From Candidatus Latescibacterota bacterium (lineage in GTDB: Bacteria; Latescibacterota; UBA2968; UBA8231): DNA of 64,000 nucleotides. The notes under the pieces were generated by a model, which was not told the origin of the DNA, did not search any database, and worked only from the letters and a program-made list of their open reading frames with translations. The DNA is taken from contig OY730476.1 of assembly GCA_963422735.1 (NCBI GenBank), positions 2,752,001 through 2,816,000 of the forward strand, written 5' to 3'. Within the stretch, counting starts at the first letter, position 1, and each line of letters begins with the position of its first letter. Position numbers and translations under genes: made by a program. This document shows, piece after piece, positions 27,397-36,403 of this stretch.

Positions 27397-28037
27397 AAAC
27401 TTGCTTGGTCGTTGGGGCGCACCCCGACGACATGGAGCTCGGATGCTGCGCCACCGTCCTCAGCCTGATCGAGCGGGAGTGGGATGTGTGGTCGTTGGCC
27501 TTGGCGGACAACACGTTGACAGTCGTCGGTCAGGGCTTCGATGACTGTCATTTTCAGGCGGAGCGGCAGGAGGCCGCTCAGGTGCTGGGCATCCCGCAGG
27601 ATCGCTTGCTGACGCACCGCTTCCCGGTGCGCGACTTCCCAGCACACCGGCAGGATATTCTGGAGCACCTATACAAGATGGTGCGCGACATGGAGCCAGA
27701 GATGGTTTTGTGTCCCTCGTCCACCGACATCAATCAGGATCACTTGGTCGTCTATGAGGAGACCGTCCGGGCCTGCACGGGCATACCCTGCTCGATATTT
27801 GGGTACTACCTGCCGTGGAACAACCGGCAGGTTGGCCTCACCTTCTTCTCCTCTTTCACCGAGAAGTACATGTCCTTGAAGGAGGAGGCGCTGGCTTGCT
27901 ATCGCTCCCAGGCCCACCGGCCATACATGCGGCCCGGGGCCGCCCGGGCTTTTGCGCAAGCGATGGGCACGTGCAGCTATGTCCTCCCGCTGGCCGAGCC
28001 GTTGGAGCCCATCCGGTGCATGTTGTGTGCATCATAG
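27393..28037 (+). CDS. PIG-L/LmbE family deacetylase, copy A
   Basis: VVGAHPDDMELG, ERQEA, DINQDH, YRSQ motifs. Confidence 0.88.
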   Translation: MKTCLVVGAHPDDMELGCCATVLSLIEREWDVWSLALADNTLTVVGQGFDDCHFQAERQEAAQVLGIPQDRLLTHRFPVRDFPAHRQDILEHLYKMVRDMEPEMVLCPSSTDINQDHLVVYEETVRACTGIPCSIFGYYLPWNNRQVGLTFFSSFTEKYMSLKEEALACYRSQAHRPYMRPGAARAFAQAMGTCSYVLPLAEPLEPIRCMLCAS

Positions 28038-28176
28038 GGATCGCCTTGAACGCGTCGCCCGGAGGTACGCCAGCAACCGCGATGCCGCCGCATCTTGGGC
28101 ATTCATCCGAGCAGCCGATGCCTAGTTTCAGGCTTGCCCTTGCCAAGAGGGTGCTATCATTGTTACATTATTAAGC

Positions 28177-28803
28177 ATGATGCACACGATAGCACTTGTT
28201 TCTCAGAAAGGCGGTAGCGGCAAGACGACGCTGGCGGTGGCCCTCGCGGTTGCGCACGAGCTGGCGGGCGGTTCTTCGGTGGTGATCGATCTAGACCCGC
28301 AAGGGTCGGCGGGGGTGTGGAGCGATCTTCGGGGCGACCTTACACCGGTAGTAGTAGCGGCTCACCCGCCTAGACTAGCACGGTCGCTCAATGCAGCCCG
28401 TACCGCGGGGGCGTCGCTAGCGGTAATCGACATGGCCCCTCGGGAAGCGGGCGGTGCGGTAGAAGCGGCCCGGTGTTCGGATTTGGTACTGGTGCCGTGC
28501 CGGCCGTCGGCGGTGGACTTGGCAGCCATCCCAGCCAGCCTAGCCGTGGCCCAGCTGGCGGAGACGGCGGTGGCCGTGGTACTGAACGCGGTTCCTCCCC
28601 GCGGGGATTTGGCGGCGCAAGCAGTGGAAGCCGTTCAAGGCTTCGGGGCGATAGCGACTCCAGTGACGATCGGGACGCGGGTGGCGCATGTTAGGGCGTT
28701 CACATCTGGGAGGACGGCCCAAGAGACCGAACCCCGCTCCGTGGCGGCTGCCGAGGTTGAAGCCCTGTACCAATGGATTTTCACGAAAGACTGGAGACTA
28801 TGA
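28177..28803 (+). CDS. parA: ParA partition ATPase (plasmid type Ib), copy A
   Basis: SQKGGSGKTT, IDLDPQGS; short, without N-terminal HTH. Confidence 0.9.
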   Translation: MMHTIALVSQKGGSGKTTLAVALAVAHELAGGSSVVIDLDPQGSAGVWSDLRGDLTPVVVAAHPPRLARSLNAARTAGASLAVIDMAPREAGGAVEAARCSDLVLVPCRPSAVDLAAIPASLAVAQLAETAVAVVLNAVPPRGDLAAQAVEAVQGFGAIATPVTIGTRVAHVRAFTSGRTAQETEPRSVAAAEVEALYQWIFTKDWRL

Positions 28804-29024
28804 AGAAGCAGACGACGCTTGCGGACGCCATGCAGCGGGCCACGAGCGAGCCGAAGACGACGTCAAGGGTCGCCCCGTCCCGGCGCGGTAAGAAGGCCGT
28901 GGTCCTATACGTCGAACCGGAGCTGGCGAAGCGGCTAAAGGTGCTCGCAGCCGAGAACGAGACGACCATCCATGCTCTCGGCTTGAAAGCCCTTGACCTC
29001 TTGTTTGAGCAACTGGAGGTATGA
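28800..29024 (+). CDS. Ribbon-helix-helix ParG-like partition protein, copy A
   Basis: Coupled to parA; KKAVVLYVEPELAKRLKVLAAE RHH pattern; flanked by TGCA/ATCAT-rich motifs. Confidence 0.75.
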   Translation: MKKQTTLADAMQRATSEPKTTSRVAPSRRGKKAVVLYVEPELAKRLKVLAAENETTIHALGLKALDLLFEQLEV

Positions 29025-29077
29025 TAAAAGATGCATCATAATGTGCATGGTATCATATAGCCAAAAGGAGTCTCTCC

Positions 29078-29947
29078 GTGGAGCCGTATCGCCTCGATAA
29101 CCTCCCTGCTATTATCAATTTCTCCGGGGGCCGCACTTCGGCCTACATGCTCTACCACATCCTCGAGTACTACGGCGGCCAGCTACCCGACCAAGTGGTG
29201 GTGGTCTTTTGCAACACAGGCAAGGAGAACGAGGAGACCTTGAGCTTTGTGCGCGAGTGTCAGGCACGGTGGAGCGTGGACATCCATTGGCTTGAATACC
29301 GCTATCGCGCCGCGGCAGCCGGGGGGCGCTATGACCCCAAACACATTCACGTCGAGGTTGATTACCACACAGCCAGCCGCCACGGCGAGCCCTTCGATCA
29401 GCTAATCGAAGCCAAGGCGATGCTGCCCAACGTCACCCAACGCTTCTGTACATCGTACCTGAAAGTGAAGGCGACCGACTGGTTTGCGCAGCGCACTATG
29501 GGGTGGCAGAATGTGACCAACTACTTGGGGATACGCTACGACGAGCCTCGACGCATCCGGCAGTCCCTTCTGGAGTCTTGCAAGGTCGAGTATTTGCTAT
29601 ACCATGCCAAAGTAACTAAGCAGCAGGTCAGCCACTTCTGGCGATCCAGTGCGTTCGACTTGCAACTGCACGACGACAAAGGAAACTGCGATTTGTGCTT
29701 CATGAAGGGGCGCAACAAGCTGCTCAACATCATCCGCGCGTCGCCCGAGCGCGTCGATTGGTGGTCTAACCAAGAACAGAAAATCCTCAAGAAGGCCAAC
29801 TGTCGCCTCCGCGACACCCGCAACGCCACCTTCTCCAAGCGCCATACCTACGCCATCTTGCGCGATATCGCCTTAACGCAGGGCTACCAAACCCACCTAT
29901 TTGACTTGCCCGACGATGAGCCGATGGCCTGCTTTTGTGGAGAGTGA
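29078..29947 (+). CDS. PAPS-reductase family (PP-loop) phage protein
   Basis: FSGGRTSAYM, NTGKE, FCTSYLK, GIRYDE, GNCDLCFMK, C-terminal CFC. Confidence 0.85.
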   Translation: MEPYRLDNLPAIINFSGGRTSAYMLYHILEYYGGQLPDQVVVVFCNTGKENEETLSFVRECQARWSVDIHWLEYRYRAAAAGGRYDPKHIHVEVDYHTASRHGEPFDQLIEAKAMLPNVTQRFCTSYLKVKATDWFAQRTMGWQNVTNYLGIRYDEPRRIRQSLLESCKVEYLLYHAKVTKQQVSHFWRSSAFDLQLHDDKGNCDLCFMKGRNKLLNIIRASPERVDWWSNQEQKILKKANCRLRDTRNATFSKRHTYAILRDIALTQGYQTHLFDLPDDEPMACFCGE

Positions 29948-30099
29948 ACGTTCTATGGAGATAGGAAAAAACTCGGTCGCTTTTGTGCGCCGGGGCGTAT
30001 GGCTCATCGCTGGATGAGGGAATGAGGACCCCATGAAAACGAGCCACTCATCCGCTTTCTAGCTGAACAAGGCTAGAATCACTTCGAGAGGAGAAAGTC

Positions 30100-30333
30100 G
30101 TGATGTACGAAGTGGACCATCCCGAGCACAAGGCCACGCTCAGGCGGTTGGGCCGTTTGCTTAAAAAGTCACTGCCCAACGAGAGCATGAACTTCACGCT
30201 ATTTCTGTTTACCGAAAACCCAAACACCTTGTTCTATCTGTCCTCCGTTGAGCGTTCCAGCGGGCTGGCGGCCATCAAAGAGTGGGTAGCCCGGCAGGAA
30301 AGTACGGGAGAGGGTGGCACTCAAGGCTCTTGA
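30100..30333 (+). CDS. Hypothetical phage protein
   Basis: GAGGAG RBS; FTLFLF...YLSSVERS; 77 aa. Confidence 0.55.
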   Translation: MMYEVDHPEHKATLRRLGRLLKKSLPNESMNFTLFLFTENPNTLFYLSSVERSSGLAAIKEWVARQESTGEGGTQGS

Positions 30334-31009
30334 CCTATTCTGTGGCGGCGGTGGCGCGGCCCTCGGCCTTCTTCAGGCTGGCTTCGAGGAGGTGGTGGGC
30401 ATTGACCACCATCGACGAAACGCCGCCGTCTATCCGGGCCGCTTCGTGTGTGCCGACGCGCTCCATCCGCCCGTCTCGCTGGCCGACTTCGACTTGATTT
30501 GGGCGTCGCCGCCCTGCCAGCGGTTCAGCGCGGGTACGTTACAACGAGGCGGCCCTACGGCGGCGGCACGCCATCCCGATCTAATCCCCCAGACCCGCGC
30601 CCTGTTGGCTGGCCATCCGTTCACGATCATCGAGAATGTGCCCCGTGCGCCGATTCGCGCCGACGTGGTGTTGACCGGGCCGATGGTGGGGCTGGAACGC
30701 ATTCAGCGGCAGCGGCACTTCGAGTTGTCGTTCTGGCCCGGGCTCATGCCGCCGCGCGTGAGCGTCCCTCGCTGGATGTGGCAAGCAGGCCGCGCGGTAA
30801 CGGTGACGACCTCGCTGTCGGCATCGAGCCATTACTATCCGCGTCGCCGCGCTGGGCTTCCGGGTCATGTGCCTATCAAGGAGGCGCGGGCGGTGATGGG
30901 CATTACGACGCCGATGACGGCCCGGCAGGTCGGCGAGGCGGTGCCCCCGCCCTATGCCGCGCTGTTGGGTCAACGGGCACGGGCGATTATGGAGGCGAAG
31001 GTGCGATGA
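30314..31009 (+). CDS. DNA (cytosine-5) methyltransferase, short phage type
   Basis: LDLFCGGGG, WASPPCQ, IENV, EAVPP. Confidence 0.88.
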   Translation: MALKALDLFCGGGGAALGLLQAGFEEVVGIDHHRRNAAVYPGRFVCADALHPPVSLADFDLIWASPPCQRFSAGTLQRGGPTAAARHPDLIPQTRALLAGHPFTIIENVPRAPIRADVVLTGPMVGLERIQRQRHFELSFWPGLMPPRVSVPRWMWQAGRAVTVTTSLSASSHYYPRRRAGLPGHVPIKEARAVMGITTPMTARQVGEAVPPPYAALLGQRARAIMEAKVR

Positions 31010-31121
31010 CGCACTGCGGGGTTCACTGGAACTCGCTCTGTCAGAAGGCGATAAAGGCGGCGGAGGCGGCATGATGGCTCTCACGGATCCCATGAAGCAT
31101 CTCCTCCAGACCCTGGACGGT

Positions 31122-31607
31122 CTATTTCCCCTTGCCCGATATGAAAGCCGCTGTAATGCTGGCAATTACAGCACCAACCATGGTAGCTGCAGCCGCTCCA
31201 TGATTGTGGTCAACCAAGTATTTAGCGAACAGCAAAATGCCGATCACCGCCGCGAAGGCGATACCGCGATTATAGATTCCCTGGAAGAGATGCATCCACT
31301 GCCCTCGCCGGAGCATTTTGGTATGCTCTTGGTCCATTTGTCGCCGGTGCGCTCCTTGCACTTCAAACGACGTTTTGAACGATTCGGCGAACCCAGGGAC
31401 CACTTGATCGAAGGCTTTAAGCAGTTTGGGGGGAGGCAGTGGTCCGCTGTACTCTTCCAAATGCAGCATCTGCAATTCGGGAAAGAGTTCAGCGGACGGC
31501 TCTGCAGGAGGTGGGGACGTATGCTGCGGACGGGCTATCGACCGGGTGCGTTTCCCGCTAGCATTTCTATTTCTCCTTTTCTTACGACGTTGTCGATCCT
31601 TGCTCAT
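31122..31607 (-). CDS. DUF2335-like membrane protein
   Basis: YSGPLPPP...FDQVVPGFAE...HRRQMD followed by two TM helices. Confidence 0.7.
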   Translation of the reverse strand: MSKDRQRRKKRRNRNASGKRTRSIARPQHTSPPPAEPSAELFPELQMLHLEEYSGPLPPPKLLKAFDQVVPGFAESFKTSFEVQGAHRRQMDQEHTKMLRRGQWMHLFQGIYNRGIAFAAVIGILLFAKYLVDHNHGAAAATMVGAVIASITAAFISGKGK

Positions 31608-31881
31608 TGACGTCTTCAAGGTCTGCTTGAGTCACGTCCAGCGCAGGATCATCCATCACAATGCGCTTGGCGTACTCTAGGCTCTGTTTATCGAACCGTT
31701 GGATTTCCCCCTCAAAGGCCCGCGACATATCCCCTAAGACCATACGCCAATCGCTGGCTAGAGCCTCGGCATCAGAGGAAGAGGACCAAGACGGCGTATC
31801 AAGCGAAGCAGGGGGACGCACGTCCATGAGGCTAGCAAGCCCCCGAACAAACGAGTGGAGTATGAGCAGGCCGACATTCAT
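31582..31881 (-). CDS. Small protein coupled to the DUF2335-like gene
   Basis: FVRGLASLMD...DAEALASDWRMVLGD; overlaps the downstream start. Confidence 0.55.
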   Translation of the reverse strand: MNVGLLILHSFVRGLASLMDVRPPASLDTPSWSSSSDAEALASDWRMVLGDMSRAFEGEIQRFDKQSLEYAKRIVMDDPALDVTQADLEDVNEQGSTTS

Positions 31882-31949
31882 TGAGCGTTTTCTCCTGTGG
31901 GACGCAGCTTGCCAAACGGTACCCCTTCCTGAATCTGAAGAAGGTTCAA

Positions 31950-32276
31950 ATGTCAATATACGAACCCATGGCCAGTAATCGCAACTACGAACCCATGGCC
32001 AATAATCGCAACTACGAACGTATCCGCTCCTTGCCGCGGTACAAGCCCTGTCTGTGGTGCAACGACCCGATGTATTTGCACCGGGGTCATTCCCTGTGCC
32101 GGGATAGCATGGGTTGCGCCTACGTCGAGGCCGCGCCGGCCTACGCCTCAGCCTTGACGCTGCGGTGGGACGTCGCCTCGCGCACCGCGAGCGGGGTCTG
32201 CTACCGCGTCGAGGCGCACGAGCACCACCGACTGCGCAAATGGTACGATCAACAGCGGCTGCGAAGCAACGCATGA
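31950..32276 (+). CDS. Hypothetical phage protein with a 27-bp tandem repeat at the N-terminus (31959-32019)
   Basis: YEPMASNRN-YEPMANNRN; CxxC; stop overlaps the next start. Confidence 0.5.
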   Translation: MSIYEPMASNRNYEPMANNRNYERIRSLPRYKPCLWCNDPMYLHRGHSLCRDSMGCAYVEAAPAYASALTLRWDVASRTASGVCYRVEAHEHHRLRKWYDQQRLRSNA

Positions 32277-32914
32277 GGATTCTGTGCAATGGGGCGTATG
32301 CCCCCATCATGGCGTTGGCTCGCCATTCCGACTATGCGTCTCGACTGGGATGGCTGAACACGCCGCGCACAAAACTTTGTTGGAGCCGGTTGTTGGCTTC
32401 GTCTTTGCCCATCGCCGCCGATAACTCGGCCTATTCGGCATGGTGTCCGCGGCGGTTTAGGCATTTTGTCCGGTCGATTCCCGAAGGCCGGCTTTTGTGG
32501 TTGGCCGTGCCCGATGTGGTCGGCTCATCTGCCGGCACACAGGCGCGGTTCGACTACTGGTATCCTCAACTGAGTCAGCACCCACTGGCCTACGTAGCAC
32601 AAGACCACAGCGAAAGCGATGCCACCATCCCCTGGAATTTAATCGTCGCCCTCTTTATTGGGGGGAGTACGCAATGGAAGTGATCCCAAGCGGTGTACGA
32701 TCTCATCCAAGAAGCCAAAAGGCGCGACAAGATCGTACACATGGGACGCGTTAACAGCCATCGGCGACTGACATGGGCTTATCGCTGTGGATGTGATTCC
32801 GTCGATGGGACCGGGTTCTCTCAATTTTCTCGCAACCATCTCAAGGCCGGGGTCGAGCATCTACTCTCCTTAGAAAGGCAACAGTCCCTGTTCCCCCCTA
32901 GGAGGAGAGCATGA
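32273..32914 (+). pseudogene. TGT/DpdA-like TIM-barrel phage protein interrupted by an in-frame TGA (32681-32683)
   Basis: ADNSAY, VPDVVG, VAQD, FIGGSTQWK*SQ...VHMGRVNS..R...DSVDGT all in one frame. Confidence 0.6.
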
Positions 32915-33003
32915 AGAAATTCAAAGAGGTGTTGTCGATTCTCTTTCTGCTGTACAGCCTAGTCGTCATCGCCCATCATCTGGCGCGTTTCCTGTCCCCG
33001 TGA
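32911..33003 (+). CDS. 30-aa hydrophobic peptide
   Basis: GGAGGAG RBS; MKKFKEVLSILFLLYSLVVIAHHLARFLSP; intact in copy B (61740..61832). Confidence 0.5.
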   Translation: MKKFKEVLSILFLLYSLVVIAHHLARFLSP

Positions 33004-33048
33004 GACGCTGCTAGATGATGGACAGGATGACTGTCTCCACTGGGGCTG

Positions 33049-34023
33049 CTACGCGCTCCGCAGGATGAGCCGCTTGGCGAAGCGGACGGTCTCGGCGATC
33101 CCTCCCTCTAGCGACACCTTGGGCTCGTAGCCCAAGAGCGTCCGGGCACAGGTCAGGTCGGGGCAGCGTCGCTTGGGAGCATCCTCGTGTGGGTTAGGTT
33201 CATGTTCGATCCTGCTCTTGGACTGGGTGATACGTAGGACGGACTCGGCCACATCGAGGATCGTATGTTCTGCATCGTTGCCGATGTTGATGGGCTTTAC
33301 TATGGGCGAGCGCAGTAGGGCGAGTATACCGGCCACTATGTCGGATACATAGCACGGGCTGCGCGTCTGCCGACCGTCTCCCTGCACGGTCAGGGGCCAA
33401 CCGTGCAGGGCCTGCTCAACGAAGGTGGGCATCATGCGGCCGTCGTCCGACTTCATGCGAGGCCCGTAGGCGTTGAAGATGCGGACGATGCGGGTGTCCA
33501 GCCCATGCTTGCGATGGTAGGTCATCGTCAGTGCTTCGGCATATCGCTTGGCCTCGGCATAGACGCCCCGGACGCTGGTATGATCGATGTTGCCAGTGTA
33601 GGTCTCTGGCTGAGGATGAACCAGCGGGTCGCCGTACACCTCGCTGGTAGAGGCCATCAGGAAGGTAGCCCCCTCGTACCGGGCTAGTTCGAGGGCCGCT
33701 TTGGTACCTTGGGCTCCAGCTTCCAGTATCTCCATCGCCATCGACTCTACGAGCGTCGGCGTGGAAGGGCTGGCCAGATGAAGCACATAGTCGATAGAGC
33801 CAGACCCAACCTCTTTCATTAGTCTCGCCAGCAGGTGTTCTCCCTTCGACACGTTGGTCTGCAAGAACCGGAACGACGGGTTGTCCCACAGCAAATGGGA
33901 CAGGTTGTCGCCAGTGGATGTCAGGAGGCTGTCGAGGGCTATCACCTCATGCCTCTCAGCTAAAAGGGCGTCGCATAGGTGCGACCCTAAGAACCCGGCA
34001 CCGCCGGTGATGATTGTCCTCAT
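33049..34023 (-). CDS. NAD-dependent epimerase/dehydratase, UDP-glucuronate decarboxylase (UXS)-like, copy A
   Basis: TGGAGFLGSHL, STSEVYGDP..HPQPETY, YAEAKR, RIFNAYGPRM. Confidence 0.9.
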   Translation of the reverse strand: MRTIITGGAGFLGSHLCDALLAERHEVIALDSLLTSTGDNLSHLLWDNPSFRFLQTNVSKGEHLLARLMKEVGSGSIDYVLHLASPSTPTLVESMAMEILEAGAQGTKAALELARYEGATFLMASTSEVYGDPLVHPQPETYTGNIDHTSVRGVYAEAKRYAEALTMTYHRKHGLDTRIVRIFNAYGPRMKSDDGRMMPTFVEQALHGWPLTVQGDGRQTRSPCYVSDIVAGILALLRSPIVKPINIGNDAEHTILDVAESVLRITQSKSRIEHEPNPHEDAPKRRCPDLTCARTLLGYEPKVSLEGGIAETVRFAKRLILRSA

Positions 34024-34033
34024 GTGTCCTGTG

Positions 34034-34372
34034 CTAGTATGTCCTCTTGTAATGGGCCAGCAGTCGCTCGCGCCGGGCCAGCAACTTCTCTAGGGCGTTC
34101 ACGGCCTCGATGTCGCCTTGGGCCACCTTGGGCTGTATACTAGTCAGGGCCTCGTTGATGCGGGCTAGGTCGATGGCCCGTTGCACTTTCTGTTCGTCGA
34201 ACCGCATACCTGCCTCGGCGATCAGTTCCTCGGCGACGACCTCGGCGTCGACTTTCAGCACCTTGACGGACGTGCGGATGCCCTGCCGCTTCATCGCCTC
34301 GGCGATCTGTCTCATGGAGTAGCCTCGTATGATACAATCCTTGACGTAGGCTTGTCGCTCCGCTGCTTTCAT
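34034..34372 (-). CDS. HTH protein, terminase-small-subunit-like, copy A
   Basis: GYSMRQIAEAM HTH; DLARI...GDIEA...LLARRERLL pattern. Confidence 0.55.
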   Translation of the reverse strand: MKAAERQAYVKDCIIRGYSMRQIAEAMKRQGIRTSVKVLKVDAEVVAEELIAEAGMRFDEQKVQRAIDLARINEALTSIQPKVAQGDIEAVNALEKLLARRERLLAHYKRTY

Positions 34373-35163
34373 TGCAGTCGTGGGTTGATCCGGTTCACTG
34401 CTATGTTGCAGGAGCGACCCGTCAGTCCAATGGCATGAGCCGCAGCGGACCGCTTGAAGGACACGGCCCGGCCCCATTTGACCTTGAGCCGTTCTTCGCC
34501 CTGATGGTACTCGTCCCCCGACACCAGCCCGGTGTTGCCGCCCTTATTCCCTGAGTCCAATGCACACGTGAACAGGACGCGCTGGTCGTACAGCATAGCC
34601 CGATCCTCGCGCAGTATCTCCAAGAAATGATCTACGTCCTCGCGGCCTCCGTCCGGGTAGTGCTGTAAGACCTTGGCGTTGCCCCGTATTATTCGGAGCC
34701 CACCGCCCATGGTACCCACCGCCTTGAAGGGTTTTACGATATTGTCTGTCGAGCCGAAGATCCATGCGGTGGGCATGTCGCCGCAGCCCCCCCACGTCAG
34801 GTCGAGGTCTTGCAGGACCCGCACCATGTTCTCGATGTAGTTCAGGGTCTCTGTGGGGCTGGCACTCAGGCAATTGTTGCCGTCGGCCATGATCTCGACC
34901 CCCTGCAGGTCGTCATCGACAAAGGCCAGCGCGTCCTCGCTAAAATCCTCTTTCATCTTATTCATCACGCCGGCGTATCCATGGACGGGTACATGGGTGG
35001 CCAGTAGGTCGTCTGGCACCGCGGACGCATAGTCGTCGCGCTCGCGCTCATCCACATACCAAGTGGCCGTGGGCAGCAGCTCGCGTACGGATGGCACGTT
35101 CTCTGATCGCTTGCGCGACGGTATGATGAGGCGATAGTCCAGCGTCGGGTCCGGCGTCAGCAT
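34369..35163 (-). CDS. GT-A fold glycosyltransferase (TET-associated/GREB1-like phage type), copy A
   Basis: IIPSRKR, VDERERDDY, FVDDD (DxD), REDVD, NKGGN motifs. Confidence 0.7.
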   Translation of the reverse strand: MLTPDPTLDYRLIIPSRKRSENVPSVRELLPTATWYVDERERDDYASAVPDDLLATHVPVHGYAGVMNKMKEDFSEDALAFVDDDLQGVEIMADGNNCLSASPTETLNYIENMVRVLQDLDLTWGGCGDMPTAWIFGSTDNIVKPFKAVGTMGGGLRIIRGNAKVLQHYPDGGREDVDHFLEILREDRAMLYDQRVLFTCALDSGNKGGNTGLVSGDEYHQGEERLKVKWGRAVSFKRSAAAHAIGLTGRSCNIAVNRINPRLQ

Positions 35164-35825
35164 AGCAGGTTCAGCAGCTCTTTTCCGTGGATCGCCCGCA
35201 TGACGGGCGTGTTGGGGCGATAGGTCGGTACACTCAGACCCACCGCCTCGCACAGGGCGCGGTACTCGCGCCGGTTGGCCGACTGAATGACCAGAAAGTC
35301 GTAGTGCTCCCCGGTCTTCAGCTCCAGATCTCTTTCTGCATCGGTCTTGCTGTGGAGTCCGCCATCCTCGCTCGCCGTTGGGGGTGCATGCTGCTTGATA
35401 TGCTCTTGGATATCTTCCAAGATCGGATTGCTTTGAATGCTTCGGCCAATGCGTTCAACTATGCGCTGAAGCTTGTCCTTGGAGAAGCGAGCTGTGTCAC
35501 GGGTAGCGTCCAGCGTGGCCAGCAGCAGGTCGGCCTCCGCCTCGTTCAGGTCGGTCGTCAGCACGGGCACGTCGGCCTCGGGGTCGAGGTTGGCCCGCAG
35601 GTGGCCGTCGAGGATGCGCCAGCCGTCGCCGTGCGGATAGACCAAGATCGCTTGGGCCCAGCCTATCTGCTCTATTAGTTGGCGCACCTGCTCGACCTGT
35701 CGGCCGGGATGGAGGCGTATGTTGTCCGGGTGGGGTGCCAAGCTCTTGGCCGGCACGGTCATCAGGCCCGTGATTCGATTGGGCCAATCTGCTGTAAAAT
35801 CGTCTGGGCTTCGATGAATCTCCAC
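35157..35825 (-). CDS. ParB/Srx N-terminal domain protein 2
   Basis: LAPHPDNIRLH, GWAQAILV, ILDGHLR. Confidence 0.82.
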   Translation of the reverse strand: MEIHRSPDDFTADWPNRITGLMTVPAKSLAPHPDNIRLHPGRQVEQVRQLIEQIGWAQAILVYPHGDGWRILDGHLRANLDPEADVPVLTTDLNEAEADLLLATLDATRDTARFSKDKLQRIVERIGRSIQSNPILEDIQEHIKQHAPPTASEDGGLHSKTDAERDLELKTGEHYDFLVIQSANRREYRALCEAVGLSVPTYRPNTPVMRAIHGKELLNLLC

Positions 35826-36391
35826 CTTTTATTTCCCTTTCGGTCGATGTTCAGTATCTCGGATAGCTTCGTCGTGGTGCTCACGTCGGAAACGAAGACG
35901 ATCACCACATCGTCGTAGATGCCCTCGTAGTCCGCAATGGTGTCGCGCTGGTTGCGTTCCTTGGCTGACTCTGAGATGGGCTTGGTTGGCACGGGCGGAG
36001 GCTCGGCCTTGCGTCCAATGTCTGCTATGAGCCGACGCAGGGAGGCGTTGGGTCCGTCCACCCTCGGCAACAGCCGCTGCCAGGCGTCCAAGTCGACGTC
36101 CACATGGAGGCCGCTGGCGTCCAGCGTGGCCAGCAGCAGGTCGGCCTCCGCCTCGTTCAGGTCGGTCGTCAGCACGGGCACGTCGGCCTCGGGGTCGAGG
36201 TTGGCCCGCAGGTGGCCGTCGAGGATGCGCCAGCCGTCGCCGTGCGGATAGACCAAGATCGGCTTGACCCAGCCCACCTCGTCCATCAGGCCGCGCACCT
36301 GCTCGACCTGATGGGGTGGATGGAGGCGTATGTTGTCCGGGTGGGGTGCCAAGCTCTTGGCCGGCACGGTCGTCAGGCCCGTGATTCGATT
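35506..36391. repeat. 275-bp near-identical duplication of the ParB domain (35506-35780 and 36117-36391)
   Basis: Direct comparison, offset 611 bp. Confidence 0.92.
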
Positions 36392-36403
36392 CTTGAGGTC
36401 CAC
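35762..36403 (-). CDS. ParB/Srx N-terminal domain protein 1
   Basis: LAPHPDNIRLH, GWVKPILV, ILDGHLR. Confidence 0.82.
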   Translation of the reverse strand: MDLKNRITGLTTVPAKSLAPHPDNIRLHPPHQVEQVRGLMDEVGWVKPILVYPHGDGWRILDGHLRANLDPEADVPVLTTDLNEAEADLLLATLDASGLHVDVDLDAWQRLLPRVDGPNASLRRLIADIGRKAEPPPVPTKPISESAKERNQRDTIADYEGIYDDVVIVFVSDVSTTTKLSEILNIDRKGNKRWRFIEAQTILQQIGPIESRA

